Shown piece by piece: positions 41,526 to 53,710 of a stretch of DNA of 64,000 nucleotides; position 1 is the first letter of the stretch, and each line of letters opens with the position of its first letter. The notes under the pieces were generated by a model. That model was not told the origin of the DNA, ran no database searches, and saw only the letters and a list, made by a program, of their open reading frames with translations. Location: contig OZ024745.1 of the NCBI GenBank assembly GCA_964016885.1, positions 57,846,001-57,910,000 of the forward strand, given 5' to 3'. The translations under genes and the position numbers were made by a program. Source of the DNA: Eledone cirrhosa. Taxonomy: Eukaryota.

Positions 41526-41932
41526 GTGGGTTGGTGATTGGGTTATTTACTCCTGGAAATACCACTGCATGCCAACCACTAATTTAATTCGAAAGAAGAT
41601 ATAGAAGGATTTTTACATGATTTTTCCTGGTTAGAATTACCTCTCTACCTTCAACGTAATAAAGTGAAACATGACGAATATCTCAAACGAGTATCAATGG
41701 CAGCTTGCATTTTCATTGTGGTGTGTGCATTACAAATTGGTAATAAAACATACCTTGTGAAGTGATAGAAATATAATCTTGAATTGCAAGATAGGATTGG
41801 AAAAAGGCTTAACATATTTGTGCTAGGTGTGGTCAGTTCAAGAGCCTGCTGCCTAAGAGAGGAAGATTGCCCTTTGCTCTTTCTTTTATAATACCTGGAA
41901 CGGAGGTTCAAGGAATGTTCTATAAATTCTAC

Positions 41933-42545
41933 GGGAAGTAACTCTAGCTACTTCTCTTTATCTAGAGAGCGCTACAAGACCCCCCCCCCCTCCCAGACGA
42001 GAAGTCGAATAACCAACCGAAGGTCAGTGTAGCGAGAACTCGTAAGAAATGAGGAGCAAAGCAAAGGTACAAGAAAGTGCATGAATAAAACATGAGCTCG
42101 CAACTGAAGCAAATAGCAAAAAGCACAAAACAACTATATACATTTAACCCCTGGTTGTATTAACAAACTCATTTCAGGTTCATATATAATTAGTGTCAGA
42201 AAAGTCTGAACTATTTGTATGAACTATTTGATTTTGAAGAAACTTTGAGCTATCAGTTTTGTTACCTTTACATTGTTCTGCATCATCCTTGTGCAGCAAA
42301 AAATGTTTTCTTCGTAAAGTGCATTTACTTGTTTTGTGCTTTTTTGCTATTTGCTTCAGTTGTGAGCTCATGTTTTATTCATGCACTTTCTTGTACCTTT
42401 GCTTTGCTCCTTATTTCTTACGGGTTCTCGCTCCTTATTTCTTCGGTTGGTTATTCGACTTCTCGTCGGAGAGGGCGCTCTCTAGATAAAGGGAAGTAGC
42501 TAGAGTTACTTCCCTTTATCTAGAGGGCGCTACAAACCCCCCTCT
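41933..42545. mobile_element. Fold-back/MITE-like element with ~200 bp TIRs and a terminal hairpin
   Basis: 41933-42133 inverted vs 42329-42514; 24 bp-stem hairpin at ~42475-42530. Confidence 0.65.
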
Positions 42546-42679
42546 CATTGTTTTTTTTACGCTACATAAATATATATATGTGTGTGTATGTGTATGTGTA
42601 TGTGTGTGTGTGCACGTGCGCGTGGGTGTGAGTATATATATATATATATAATAACTTGTGTGTTACACCTCTATTCTTT

Positions 42680-42746
<67 letters not shown>

Positions 42747-42949
42747 ATATCCAAGATGGCTGATATAAAAAGAAGCGTGCCTTCTCCTCTTCCTCTTTAA
42801 TCTCTTCTCTTCTTTTTTTTTCCTTTTGTATCTCAAACATCACTGCTTTTGTTTATTTCAGGCTTTCTATATAGGTCTAGTACCATAAATGTTAAGGTAC
42901 TTTTCCCACTCTATCGGGCATTAAGCTAGATGTAAGCAGATAAAAGTGG

Positions 42950-43979
42950 TGGTGGTGGAGATGTTGAAGCCTGAACCTGATAGTGGAGCTGATGGCCGGC
43001 GGTTGGATTGGTGACCCGAACATGAGGACATCGTATTTGAGGATCACCTGTACCTAGTAGAGAATGGACCGCACGTCCGAGGCGGAGGCTGCAAAGCTCT
43101 CAGCATCGTGGCTAACATTCACCACCTCCGACTTGACCGAGTTGACCTGGAGGCCGATTCCCGCCAGGGCAGAACCACCGATTATAGGTCATGGCAAACA
43201 GTCTGTACGAGCTCGCCCAACGTAGCATCATCCAGATACCAAACGTTGAGAAGAGCCGTGATACTCCGGGCCATGTGGTCTATACCAAGGGAAAATAGGA
43301 GGGGGCCCAAAGTGTCGCCCTGTTGGACCCCAGTGACCGAAGGTGTGACCGCATCAGCAGCAAGGAGCATATTCAGGGCTCCATACGACAGGTAGGCCAG
43401 CGAGTAGGAAGAGGGTGAACGGCTGAGGCAGGCATTGAGCAGATGGTCCCGGCTAAAGCAGTTAACGGCATTCCTCATGTCAAGATTGACAATGAGGTGC
43501 CTGGAGTCCCTGGATGCCGATTCCGGTGGACATATGCTGAAGAACAGCCCGATTGCATATACGGGCCCCCTCACAGCCACCGAACACGCCGACACCCAGT
43601 TGCACCAGACTGAACTCCTCATCCAGTTCGGGTATTATAGACCTGCAGACCACCTTGGCAGCCAACCTTCGGAAGACATTGCCCACTGCGATGGGGCGTA
43701 TGCCACCCTCTTTCTTCCTGAGAGCGGTGAGGCTGGGATCGGGGACCAGGGCGCCGAGCGGCATCAGGGGTGAGTGGCTGGCTTGTGTGGGTGGAAGGGA
43801 AAGTGCTGAGAAGAGGGCCTCATAGCTCACCTACATCATATATGCTTTCTTCCTGAGAGCGGTGAGGCTGGGACCGGGGACCAGGGCGCCGAGCGGCATC
43901 AGGGGTGAGTGGCTGGCTTGTGTGGGTGGAATGGAAAGTGCTGAGAAGAGGGCCTCATAGCTCACCTACATCATATATG
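42950..43979 (-). pseudogene. CRE-clade reverse transcriptase fragment with 135 bp tandem duplication
   Basis: LTALRKKEGGIRPIAVGNVFRRLAAK, QLGVG..GGCE, LDMRNA.N, GVQQGDTLGPLLFSL, WYLDDATLG; frameshifted; 43710-43844 duplicated at 43845-43979. Confidence 0.9.
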
Positions 43980-44797
43980 GAGGCGTCAGAAGACAAGAGA
44001 GAAAAGAAGGGGATGCATGGAGAGGGTCACACAAGAAGGTAGAATGTGAGCAAATGAATGAATGAATGGATGAATGTACAAAGAAAAAGGAAGAAAACCG
44101 TGGGTTCTTCCCAGCGGAAAGACCCAGAGTTCAGCAGGCATATATGCGAGGATGTTAGCAGTTTCTCATAGAACCTTATGGCTAAAGGTGAGTCATTCAA
44201 TCCTGAAAACATATGTGTTGTTATGGTCACTGTTGCTGGATTTGACTTCCTCTTGTTAATGGAAGTAGTAGTGATTGTTGGTAAGATGTTGATGTATACC
44301 CATATCTGTTGTTGTTGTTGTTAATATCACTGTTGCTGTCGTTGCCTTCCTCTTGTTAATGGTGGTGGTAATTGAAACCGCTGCCAATTCGGGCTGCCAG
44401 GCTGTTTGCTGATGTTCGAGTGCTTTCTTTCACCGAAAATGCGGGGTCGTTGCTATTGTCCTGTTGTTTGTTAATGGTAGTGACAATTGTTGGTGTTGTC
44501 TGTAACGGCTGTCAAACTGGTTACTGTATCTGCCTCTGTGAGTGACGCTCCAATGGCCTTCTTGACCGATTTCGGCATCATTTGGCAGCACAATATCAAA
44601 TAAATATATTCTCTATTTTTTTCTTTCTTTCTCTCTGTCTAATCCGATTCAAATTATTTGGCAGTGAAATGGTGGTCGGTTTGGTTTGGTTTTGTTTTAT
44701 GTTTCCATTTCTTTTTTATTTCTCTCGTCCTTCTCGTATATTTTGGTGCGTTAAATTTTTGAGGTTCCTATTGATGGTTAATATCCTTTTTATTTCA

Positions 44798-44860
44798 GAT
44801 AAAATAAAGTACCAGTAATGCACTGAATAATTGCTGGCCTTGTGCCTAAAGTAGAAACAA
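44798..44860 (+). mobile_element. SINE 3' fragment
   Basis: core end and tail match the other copies. Confidence 0.8.
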
Positions 44861-45787
44861 TCATTTATTATTTCAGGTTATATTTCCGTTCTAGGAGGTA
44901 TTCCATCATAACAGCACATTCTACTTCCCAGCATCATGTGAATTAATGCCGCGAATGTTTGGGACGAATATTTGACTATTGAGTCATCAGATAATCCAAG
45001 CGTAAAATCATCAATGTAGATATGGATAGAGTCTAGTGGATTTAAGAATGAGTTACAACTGATGAAGTAGCGTGGTAAATGTTTAAGATAAACATTCATT
45101 AACTCAAGAGGATTTGTATCTGATGTAAGCAAATTTCCTTCATCGATGTCATATTCAACATCTTTATGGACTGCGCCTGTTGGGTTACGTATGGCGAACT
45201 ATAATGTTTAATAATTCGCGACTAGTATAACAGCTCTGTATGGCTCTCATTGCATTGGGATGAAAAAGTCTGTAAATGGGTTATATTGTATTGCTTTCTC
45301 TTTTGGTGACTTTTCTTTCATATCTATACGTATATGAAATTCACCAAAGGACACACTTCAACCTATAATTTCATGTTCTTTCTTTCCTTTCTTATCTTTG
45401 CTATACCAGTGGATGATGCATTCTGAAAGAATGGAAGGAGTTGGTCTAAACTTTGGACTAGAAAATTTGGGTCGATAGTAAAAGAATAAGTGGGTTCAGG
45501 GCTTAAAGTTTAAGAAAACAAAGAGAAATCTACCCATCTTCAAGTAACATGTTACAATGTATGGATATAATATATATATATATATATATTAAAATAACAG
45601 ATTAAAGTTTAAGCAAAGAATCGCTTATATATATATATGTATATATTGTTATTGTTATGCTTTGGGAGGGTCATGTTGCCAATATGAAACACACGCACCA
45701 GTTGCTTTCACTCCAATTTATTATAAATTTAAGAATTTATAAATTTCCGGTTGGTTGGTTCCACAACCGGACGGTTGTTCATATATT

Positions 45788-45830
45788 GTCAAAGTTCTTT
45801 CGTCACACATTCTGTGACCTCTTCAGGGAC
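45788..45830 (-). ncRNA. Minimal hammerhead (left arm)
   Basis: GTCC-CTGAAGA-G-GTCACA GAA TGTGTGAC-GAAA-GAAC-TT-TGAC. Confidence 0.65.
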
Positions 45831-45942
45831 TGGGGATGCTTCTCTTTGTTTTGTGCCTCTCTTTTGTTCTGTCCTACGCCATCTTCCAAGAAGGCGTAGG
45901 ACAGAACAAAGGAGAGGCACAAAACAAAGAGAAGAATCCCCA

Positions 45943-45985
45943 GTCCCTGAAGAGGTTTCATAATGTGTGACGAAAGAACTTTGAC
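45943..45985 (+). ncRNA. Minimal hammerhead (right arm, stem II degraded)
   Basis: GTCC-CTGAAGA-GGTTTCATAATGTGTGAC-GAAA-GAAC-TT-TGAC. Confidence 0.55.
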
Positions 45986-46176
45986 AATATACGAACAACC
46001 ATCCGGTTGTGGAACCAACCAACCATCCGGAAAATTATAAATTCTTAAATTTATAAATTTAATTTATAATAAATTGGAGTGAAAGCAACTGGTGCGTGTG
46101 TTTCTTAATGGCAACATGACCCTCCCAAAATATAACAATACCGGTTTCAACACACGTTTTCAGATAAAGAATCTTG

Positions 46177-46210
<34 letters not shown>

Positions 46211-47575
46211 ATAATAATAAGTTTGAAGACTAAAATCCAAAGAGGGCTCGGTAAGGATAAATATATATCAAATATATAAGAACCGTAGAGCAATTATTTG
46301 CTCAAACTTTAATCTGTTATTTTAATAAATATATATATATATATATAAGGGTTAAAATACTGGAGTGTGTTGGAGTTAAACACCCTCTTCGTATTATAGA
46401 AATGACAGTAAAAGGTATAGCTCAATGTAGTTAAACAGAGCCGAAAAAAAAAAATATATATATATATATACCTTTCTTTTGAACCAAGCGAAGATTGTAC
46501 TTAATTACAGCGATTCTGGTTCTTATCCTATTAAATAGTATTTATATTTTTAACCTCAAAACAGTGACATTTAACATATACATGGGCGTGATTTTAACCG
46601 CCAAACTAAAATTAACCAAATGCTGCAAGCTACTTAATTTCACGTTCTTCCAATTCTGCCATTTAATAATCATTTAAACTTTTAAAACTGTGACAGTCGC
46701 TGCGATAATAACTACATTACTTAGGAGCTAATAATGTTCTGTTTGTTTCTTTATTTATTTTCGTTTTGATCAAGGTGTCATGTGAACCACCGAATCGGAA
46801 TTATTTTATGATTCTACCACAATTTACAGTGGAGGGAAATCCTGGTATTTAAGCAATTCTGCATTATTTTTGTTCTGCCGAAGAAAATCTAAAGCCCCTA
46901 CAATAAATATAGTGCATTTTTATAATTACATATTTGAAACAATCATCAGGAACGTAGAAATTACGATACGGTCACTATTATTGTTTGCATAGCCACCTTC
47001 AACTCTTATTGAACAGATTTGAGATTATACAGATAACAGCTGTGACATTTATGTGTATTGTATACTTTATGTTTCCCTAGCAGTTCTGTTCTTACCATGG
47101 TCAATTCTTTCCTTATCGATCAATAAAAAAGTGTATCCATTATATAGAGTAAACGTCGATAAATATTCATTGTGATTTTTAAAACGTAATCTACCATTGT
47201 GCATGTTTTATATCATATTTAGTCTTTCCTAACCAACGGAAAATAATTCAGTGTGGAAGCGATTTCAGTTTAAGATCAGGTAACAAATATTCATTCAAAA
47301 TACCATCAAAGGAATGCTTTTTCTTTGTTTTTGTTTTTTTGCGGGGAGTTAAGAGTATCTGTATGAAGTTGCTTTACACATAATATTATATTACATTTCT
47401 GCGGCGCAATATTTGTTGAAAGCTATCAGGGAAAATCACTTTACACAAATATAAAATTGAAACCAATTTCACTCGATGTTTCTTGACATTGCGTTAAAAT
47501 TAAATTGTATCTAATGTCCTTACTTGAAAAATTCGATTCAACTCAACATATCATCTATATAAATAAAATTCGAAT

Positions 47576-47830
47576 CGTGGAGACTTCTGGCGTCCTTGGC
47601 CTTAGGGCTACTCCCTACTCACCTCCATAGGCGCTGAGCTGGCCAGCCACAGGTGTGAGCCGCGCATCTCCCTTACCATCCACCGGGGAAACAACTTATC
47701 CATTCTGTCCACCGGGACTGTGGAGAGGCCAGCTCGTGGGACCATTTGCTCACCATATAGAGAGATGGGGAGGGCGAGAGAGATGGAGGCGATGACAGTG
47801 GGAGTTCGGCTCTTCCGTGTTCGGACCATA
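47576..47830 (+). pseudogene. CRE-clade retrotransposon 3' fragment
   Basis: GTGGAGACTTCTGGCGTCCTTGGCC...GAGCTGGCCAGCCACAGGTGTGAGCC matches 40386-40480. Confidence 0.8.
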
Positions 47831-48304
47831 TCCTTGTGGTTGTGTTTATATATAAAATTATTTTAAAATAATATAAAATTCTATATATAATTCGTGTATA
47901 TATATATGTATGAGTGTGTGTGTATGCATACATATGTATATATATATATATATACACACACACATGTATATATATTCTATATATAATTCTATATATAAAA
48001 TTATTTTTTCCAAAAATTTACTTACTGTAGCCATTGCTACTTCCAACCCATATGGTTTGTAGTTTATTCTCAGTTTTAACTTCTACTACTAGTGCCAGTA
48101 ATATGTACAGTACATATACACTATAATTAATAAAATGTAAACATTTTTTTCCGCAAAAATTTGACTGCACTGTTGTTTTCATTTATGTATTTTTTTAAAA
48201 TGTTATTTATTCATTATAATAATTAAACGATGGCACTCTATATGTGGGTGGGCCCCCTTTATCTCCTGGCAACCAATATTTTTAGACCCAGTCCGCCACT
48301 GTAC

Positions 48305-48355
<51 letters not shown>

Positions 48356-48404
48356 TGTGTGCGCGTGTGTGCGTGTGTGTGTGTGAGTGTGTGAGTGTGT
48401 GTGT

Positions 48405-48790
48405 GTGTAGTTGATTTTATGTATGTGTGATTCTATGTTGGCTGCAGTAGAGTAAGAGAGTTTGATAGTTTTTCTGTTAAAGATTCTATGGTATTCGTGT
48501 AGTTTAGGGAAGTGTTTGTCAATTAGCTTAAAGAATGTAGAAGGTAGTTTGGTTTTTATAGATAAGTTGAATATTGGATTGAACCACAAGTATTTCCTAT
48601 CTCTAAATTTTCTATAGTTCCCAGGGATCCCTATATTAGTATTCGGTTCAGTTATTTCTGGTGCTCGTTGTCTATTTCTATGCTTGTTATTTCTATAGGT
48701 GTGGGTAGCGTAGCTGTCGTTAGGTTTGCTGTTGCTGTCTCTATCAGGTAGGTATTTGAACCCCATCTTATGACCTGTCTTATGTAATGT
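48405..48790 (-). pseudogene. Naiad-type PLE thumb/linker fragment
   Basis: RKYLWFNPIFNLSIKTKLPSTFFKLIDKHFPKLHEYHRIFNRKTIKLSYSTAANIESHI (WFNP / IDKHFP / IFNR..IKLSYS motifs); ends in a (CA)n tract. Confidence 0.8.
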
Positions 48791-48823
48791 TAGAGTAGTT
48801 TCCGTGTACGTTAAGCATTTTTT

Positions 48824-49128
48824 ATTTTGAAAGTAGGTTAATAATTATTAAATTTCATTGTACTTTCGTAGCTGTCACGGCGGTCTAGTTGTAGGAATCA
48901 TAGACGATGGTGATTGTGGTCTGAAGTTCGATCATGGTCGGGAGTATAGTTCCCAGTAAACCTTTTCAGTGTTTTCTATGGGATATAAAATAAAAACTGA
49001 AAAAGACTACTTGTACCTCTCGACCAGGATTGAACACAAGACCAGAATCTCCACCATCTGTAGTATCTGCCACTGAGACAACTACAAAAATCTACTGTAA
49101 TTCATACTTATAAACCTACTTTCAAAAT
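48824..49128. repeat. Diverged palindrome with tRNA/Pol III-like heads on both arms
   Basis: ends ATTTTGAAAGTAGGTT / AACCTACTTTCAAAAT; A-box-like GGCGGTCTAGTTG and B-box-like AGTTCGATCATGG on +; GTGTTCAATCCTGGTCGAGA on -. Confidence 0.55.
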
Positions 49129-49281
49129 GTTCAATCAAAGTGATGTGTGCATGTACATGTGTATATATAGATTTATATTATATGTATACATAACATGTTT
49201 TCAACTTGTACAAAAATCCCTAGGGATATAATTGACATCGTGTATATATATACATATGTATGAGTGTGTGTGTATGCATAC

Positions 49282-49320
<39 letters not shown>

Positions 49321-50289
49321 TATATATATGTATATGTATGTATATGTATGCGTGTATGTATATATAGAAATAGTTATATATACACCACCTTCACACCACT
49401 AATTGATTTGACAGATGTATTTAACTCATTGATACCAAACATTATTTGGTCAGTTGTTCGTGTGTATGTATAAGTATATATATATATATATATATGTATA
49501 TATTATGATTGTGTGTGTGTCTATATAGGTATGTTTACATGCATGAATGAATACACTAAGCTTTAGATTTAGTATAATGTACAACCACTGATTTCACTTA
49601 TTTGCACTATCATATATTTTGGTTTCTATTAATACATTGGTTATTGCCATTGGGCAACCTGGGAACCTGGTCACTCCGCCACTGTATGTGTGTGTGTGTG
49701 TATGTGTGTATAAATATGTATGTGTGAGTATATATGAATGTGTGTGTGTGTGTATGTGTGTGTGCGTATGTGCGTGTGTGCTTGTGTGTATATATGGGGT
49801 TATGTATGTATGGAATTATGTGGAATTATTCATACATTTCTATATATGTGGGAGTATACATGTGTGTTTGTGTAGGAGTACGTGATATGTATTTGGGGTT
49901 CTTTCGAAACAAATTCAAAAGCGACGTTGCTACTTTCGTAAATCCTCAATATATTTCATAAAATAAAGCTATATTGTAAGGCTATATATCATGCTTTCTC
50001 TGTATAAAGTGAATCATACATAGTTCCGTAAATAATTTTAGATAATTTTAAGTGTGATTGTTACGAATACTCTAGCGTGTCTATATAATCTTAAAAATCA
50101 AAATACGACGAGTGTGTGGATGTGTAAGAATTAAACATTTATTTACACATATACATACTTTGCATTACCTATCGCAGTCTTTATCCAACCACAGCCGGCT
50201 ATTGGCACATATTCTTCATTGACCATACTTAAATATGGAATGATACGCGATTCCCCCACCACCACACCGCCACAGCCTCGGCGGATAGG

Positions 50290-50372
50290 ATGGGGAAGGC
50301 GTTTCTCCGGGGGAGGAAAAGCCACTCCAACTCGCGGGGCTCACACCTGCGGCTGGTCAGCTCAGCGCCTAT
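50290..50372 (-). pseudogene. CRE-clade 3' fragment
   Basis: GAAGGCGTTT...GGAAAAGCCACTCCAACTCGCGGGGCTCACACCT matches 21150-21240. Confidence 0.75.
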
Positions 50373-50424
50373 TTATTTAGAAATGTGCAAACTATACGTT
50401 ATTTTATATTACTATTACTACGAC

Positions 50425-50425
<1 letters not shown>

Positions 50426-50455
<30 letters not shown>

Positions 50456-50549
50456 AAGAAGAAGAAGAAGAAGAAGAAGAAGAAGAAGAAGAAGAAGAAG
50501 AAGAAGAAGAAGAAGAAGAAGAAGAAGAAGAAGAAGAAGGAGGAGGAGG
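50426..50549. repeat. (GAA)n microsatellite
   Basis: direct reading. Confidence 0.95.
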
Positions 50550-50557
50550 GAGCTAGC

Positions 50558-50836
50558 TCGCTTTGTAGGATATGTGGAATTAGAGTAAGAGAGAGGATAA
50601 TGTGGCTCACATCGTATCCGAGTGCAAACTGCTGCCCCAGACTCATTATAAAGGATGGAGGCATGCACATTGAACGATTTATCCCATGCTGAGAGGGGGT
50701 ATGGACATAAGCCAGATTCTGTGATGGAAAACGACCGGGTGAAGGTACTATGGTATTTCAGAATACAAACTGATAAAGAAATAGAACACAATAGGCCTGG
50801 CTAGGTGGTTTTCGACAAAAATAAAAAGATCGTGCA
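50558..50836 (+). pseudogene. R4/Dong-clade retrotransposon Zn-knuckle/RLE fragment
   Basis: LCRICG...VAHIVSECKLLPQTHYKGWRH ... HKPDSVMENDRVKVLWYFRIQTDKEIEHNRP. Confidence 0.8.
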
Positions 50837-50962
50837 TACTTTATTTTATCGACTCCGTTGGGATGAAAGGTTAACTTTACCTTTCATCCCTACGGGGTCG
50901 ATAAAATAAAGTACCAGTAATGCACTAGGTAATTGCTGGTTGTGCCAAAAGTAGAAGCAATT
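50837..50962 (+). mobile_element. 5'-truncated SINE with a 5' fold-back inversion
   Basis: 50837-50870 is the reverse complement of 50880-50913; normal SINE tail follows. Confidence 0.8.
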
Positions 50963-51264
50963 ATTATAGATTTGACAAATCCAGTTCATCTCATTTGGAG
51001 AATGTTTTCTGGGGTTGGCGATAAATAGATAGATAGGAATACATAGAGACAAGACGAGTTATACATATATAGATACAAATAAATGGGTGTGTGTTCTAGA
51101 AGTTAGTATAGACATTTGTTATTCTAAATTCCATTTATTCTTCAATCGAGGTACATGATGAAATCAATTCTGAATTCATAATACAGAATTTAATAATAAA
51201 TTAAAATACAAAATGTATCTTTTATGAGGGGAGATAAATTCTATCACATATGTTGAAGGAAATT

Positions 51265-52450
51265 ACTCAAGGGCTTCTGGGTAAGCAACACTCTTTGTTC
51301 TCTGGTTTGGAGCATAGACAAATAAGTCTTGTAAACTACCCACTCTGGCGCAACAAACGTAAAGTTACCATGAGAAAAGAAAGGTTAATTTAAATGCAAG
51401 CCAGTAGATTTCAAAGTCTGACCTCCAGCTTTATTGCGAAGCAAAGTCACTGTGAATTGAATTTCAAATAGCATGTCCGTTTGTTTGATTGGAATTCTTG
51501 TAATGGAAATATCTTCCCCAGGAGTACACTAAGTGATGATGGTAGCTTCAATCGCATTAGGTGATAATGTCTTCACAATCAACCTCGTGCCATTGCATAA
51601 TTTAGGAGCATGTACATTTCTTTGAAGCATTATTAGGACTCCAAACATCAGGAAAAGTTTCATTGAAGGGGTTCCATATGGCTAAACAGAGTTACGAAAC
51701 TCTGGAGTGCAAAATATGATCGATGGGTTGCTGTTATGGGCTGCAGTTTATTTCCTCTTCCTTGAGTAACAATATACCTCCACCGATACTCCTCGCCAGT
51801 AATAATTGCTGCTATTCATTTGCAGCAGGGACATTGTAGCGGCTTCAGTGTTCACCAACAGTCTTTTTGTCTGTATCAATGACTACCTTGTACTCAGTGA
51901 GTGGCGCAGATTCCAATGCATATTAAAATTTCCTGATGTAGTTAGTGTTTGCAAGTAACGTATCTTGCAAATCAAAGAGTAACTCTTCTTTCGGATTTTG
52001 GAAGGTTCAATGACCTTTGCAAAGCCTGCTCCTTGCAATTTGCCACAAAATATAACTGCAAAAACTTTGGATTTTGCCTTCAGTTGGCAATCAAGATCCA
52101 ATTAGGTGGTATACTTGACCTTCAACGTTAATGGTTGGTTTGAAGTTCCCTTCTAATGTTTTTCAAGAAGTGCATGGTATTAGATGTGTTTCTCTAAACA
52201 ATGTCTTCAAAGTATATGGGGATGTGCCAATGGTCGGTAAAAAAACCGTTCCTCCTCCACAATACATAGTGAGGGTTTCTCTTTGCCTTTTTCCCGGCAA
52301 ACTGTTTAACCAGATAAGCTAAACTAAGTGATGAAGCCTTAGCATGTTCAATTGATATAGTTGTCAAGCCAATTAGTCTCTCTTGCAATATTGTGGAGTG
52401 AATGCGCTTTAAGAAACTACTTTCACCACTGATACTGGAAGTGTGAGAAG
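51265..52450 (-). pseudogene. Internally deleted Helitron Rep/Hel remnant
   Basis: N-terminal FKPTINVEGQVYHLIGS.LP.EG motif (~52050-52160) joined to PIF1 helicase motifs IMLQRNVHAPKLCNGTRLIV, RIPI, NKAGGQTL, FSHG (~51300-51650). Confidence 0.85.
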
Positions 52451-52950
52451 GAACCTCAATGTAATAGCAACATTAGGAAAATCATCCAAACGTTTTTGTT
52501 GGAAAAGCCCGTGGCCTATACAACCACGTGAGCGTGATTGCGTCCTGAACTTTTCATATACCCGCGATTTCCACTCACTCATTTTGCTTGTTCTTTACAG
52601 ATTGAATCTACCCCATTATTTGTCCATGTATGAAATAAACCAGGATAAAAAACGAACCTCAATAAAACTGAACATTATTTATTTATTTTTCGAAATTGTT
52701 CTTGATTTAGAGAAATGCGCCCCTTGAAATCAGTACCCTAGGCACTGCCTAGTTTGCCTATATGGTAGCGCCGGCCGTACTCACTACTTTGGAACTCTTC
52801 GAAAGGCATGCCTACTTGAAACGGCAAGAGCCCTCCGATAGGTCCTGAATATCTGAGGCTGCGGGTAGCAGCTCGATATTCATTAGGGGAATTATTCCGG
52901 TTGAATAACATCAAAGTCTGTGGCATCAAGTAAATAAACATAATAATAAT

Positions 52951-53137
52951 TGTTTATACTGTGGGCACAAGGCCAGCAATTATTCCAGTGCATTACTGGT
53001 ACTTTATTTTATCGACCCCGTAAGGATGAAAGGCAATGTTAACCTCGGGAGGATTTGAACTCAGATCATAAAGGGACGTAACTATGCTAGAAAGCATGGC
53101 GTCCGACCCTCTGCCGATACTGCCAATCCACCCACCT
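52951..53137 (-). mobile_element. Full-length SINE with TSD
   Basis: reverse complement of the SINE; TSD TAAACATAATAATAAT on both sides. Confidence 0.9.
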
Positions 53138-53158
53138 TAAACATAATAATAATAATAT

Positions 53159-53710
53159 CTTTATTGGTTACAGGGGCCTACATATAGGGTACAATACAAT
53201 AGACAGGAACAGTGGGGATTTACATATAAAGTTGTAAAATATATAAATAACAATAAAAAAAATAATGAAAATTCCCCAATAGTGGGGATAACTACCCAGC
53301 GTCGACTCAGGTATCCCACCAATCCTAAACCACCTAACGCTTCAAGGGCACGCGAGAAGGTCACCCTTCTCCTCCAGAATACCATCGAATACTCAATGTA
53401 GGCCCTTTCACACGGGTCATTCTCGCTACATTCACCCACCTTTTAACAAATATATATGGGGGCAGCACTTCTCACTCCACCCTTACCTTCCTTTCCATGT
53501 GAAACTTGAGAAAGTTGATGAGGGATTGGCCGAAGAGCAAAGTGGCTATCTTGAGTCTTTCGCTACCGCTACAAGACAGGAAAATGATCTGCCCTTCCTG
53601 ACCAAATGAATGCAGCGGTGTGATCTTCAGTATGGATTCGGTCGACAGCCGGATCCGTTCTACATGCGACAAAAGCTGTTCGTCATATCTCCACAAGCCG
53701 TGCAGAAGAA
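53159..53710 (-). pseudogene. L1/Tx1-like LINE 3' end
   Basis: LWRYDEQLLSHVERIRLSTESILKI...LINFLKFHMERKVRVE, followed by a 3' UTR ending in AATAAA; related fragment at 58570-58780. Confidence 0.5.

Larger units (their letters stand above)
45590..46326. mobile_element. Non-coding palindromic pLTR derivative of the 61-64 kb PLE family
   Basis: 45651-45885 / 45888-46140 inverted and homologous to 61191-61505; outer inverted pair ~45590-45625 / 46288-46326; embedded in (TA)n. Confidence 0.85.

Noticed and set aside
44060-44580. Minus-strand low-complexity coding-like stretch (possible LINE ORF1)
   Set aside because: Interrupted and without diagnostic motifs
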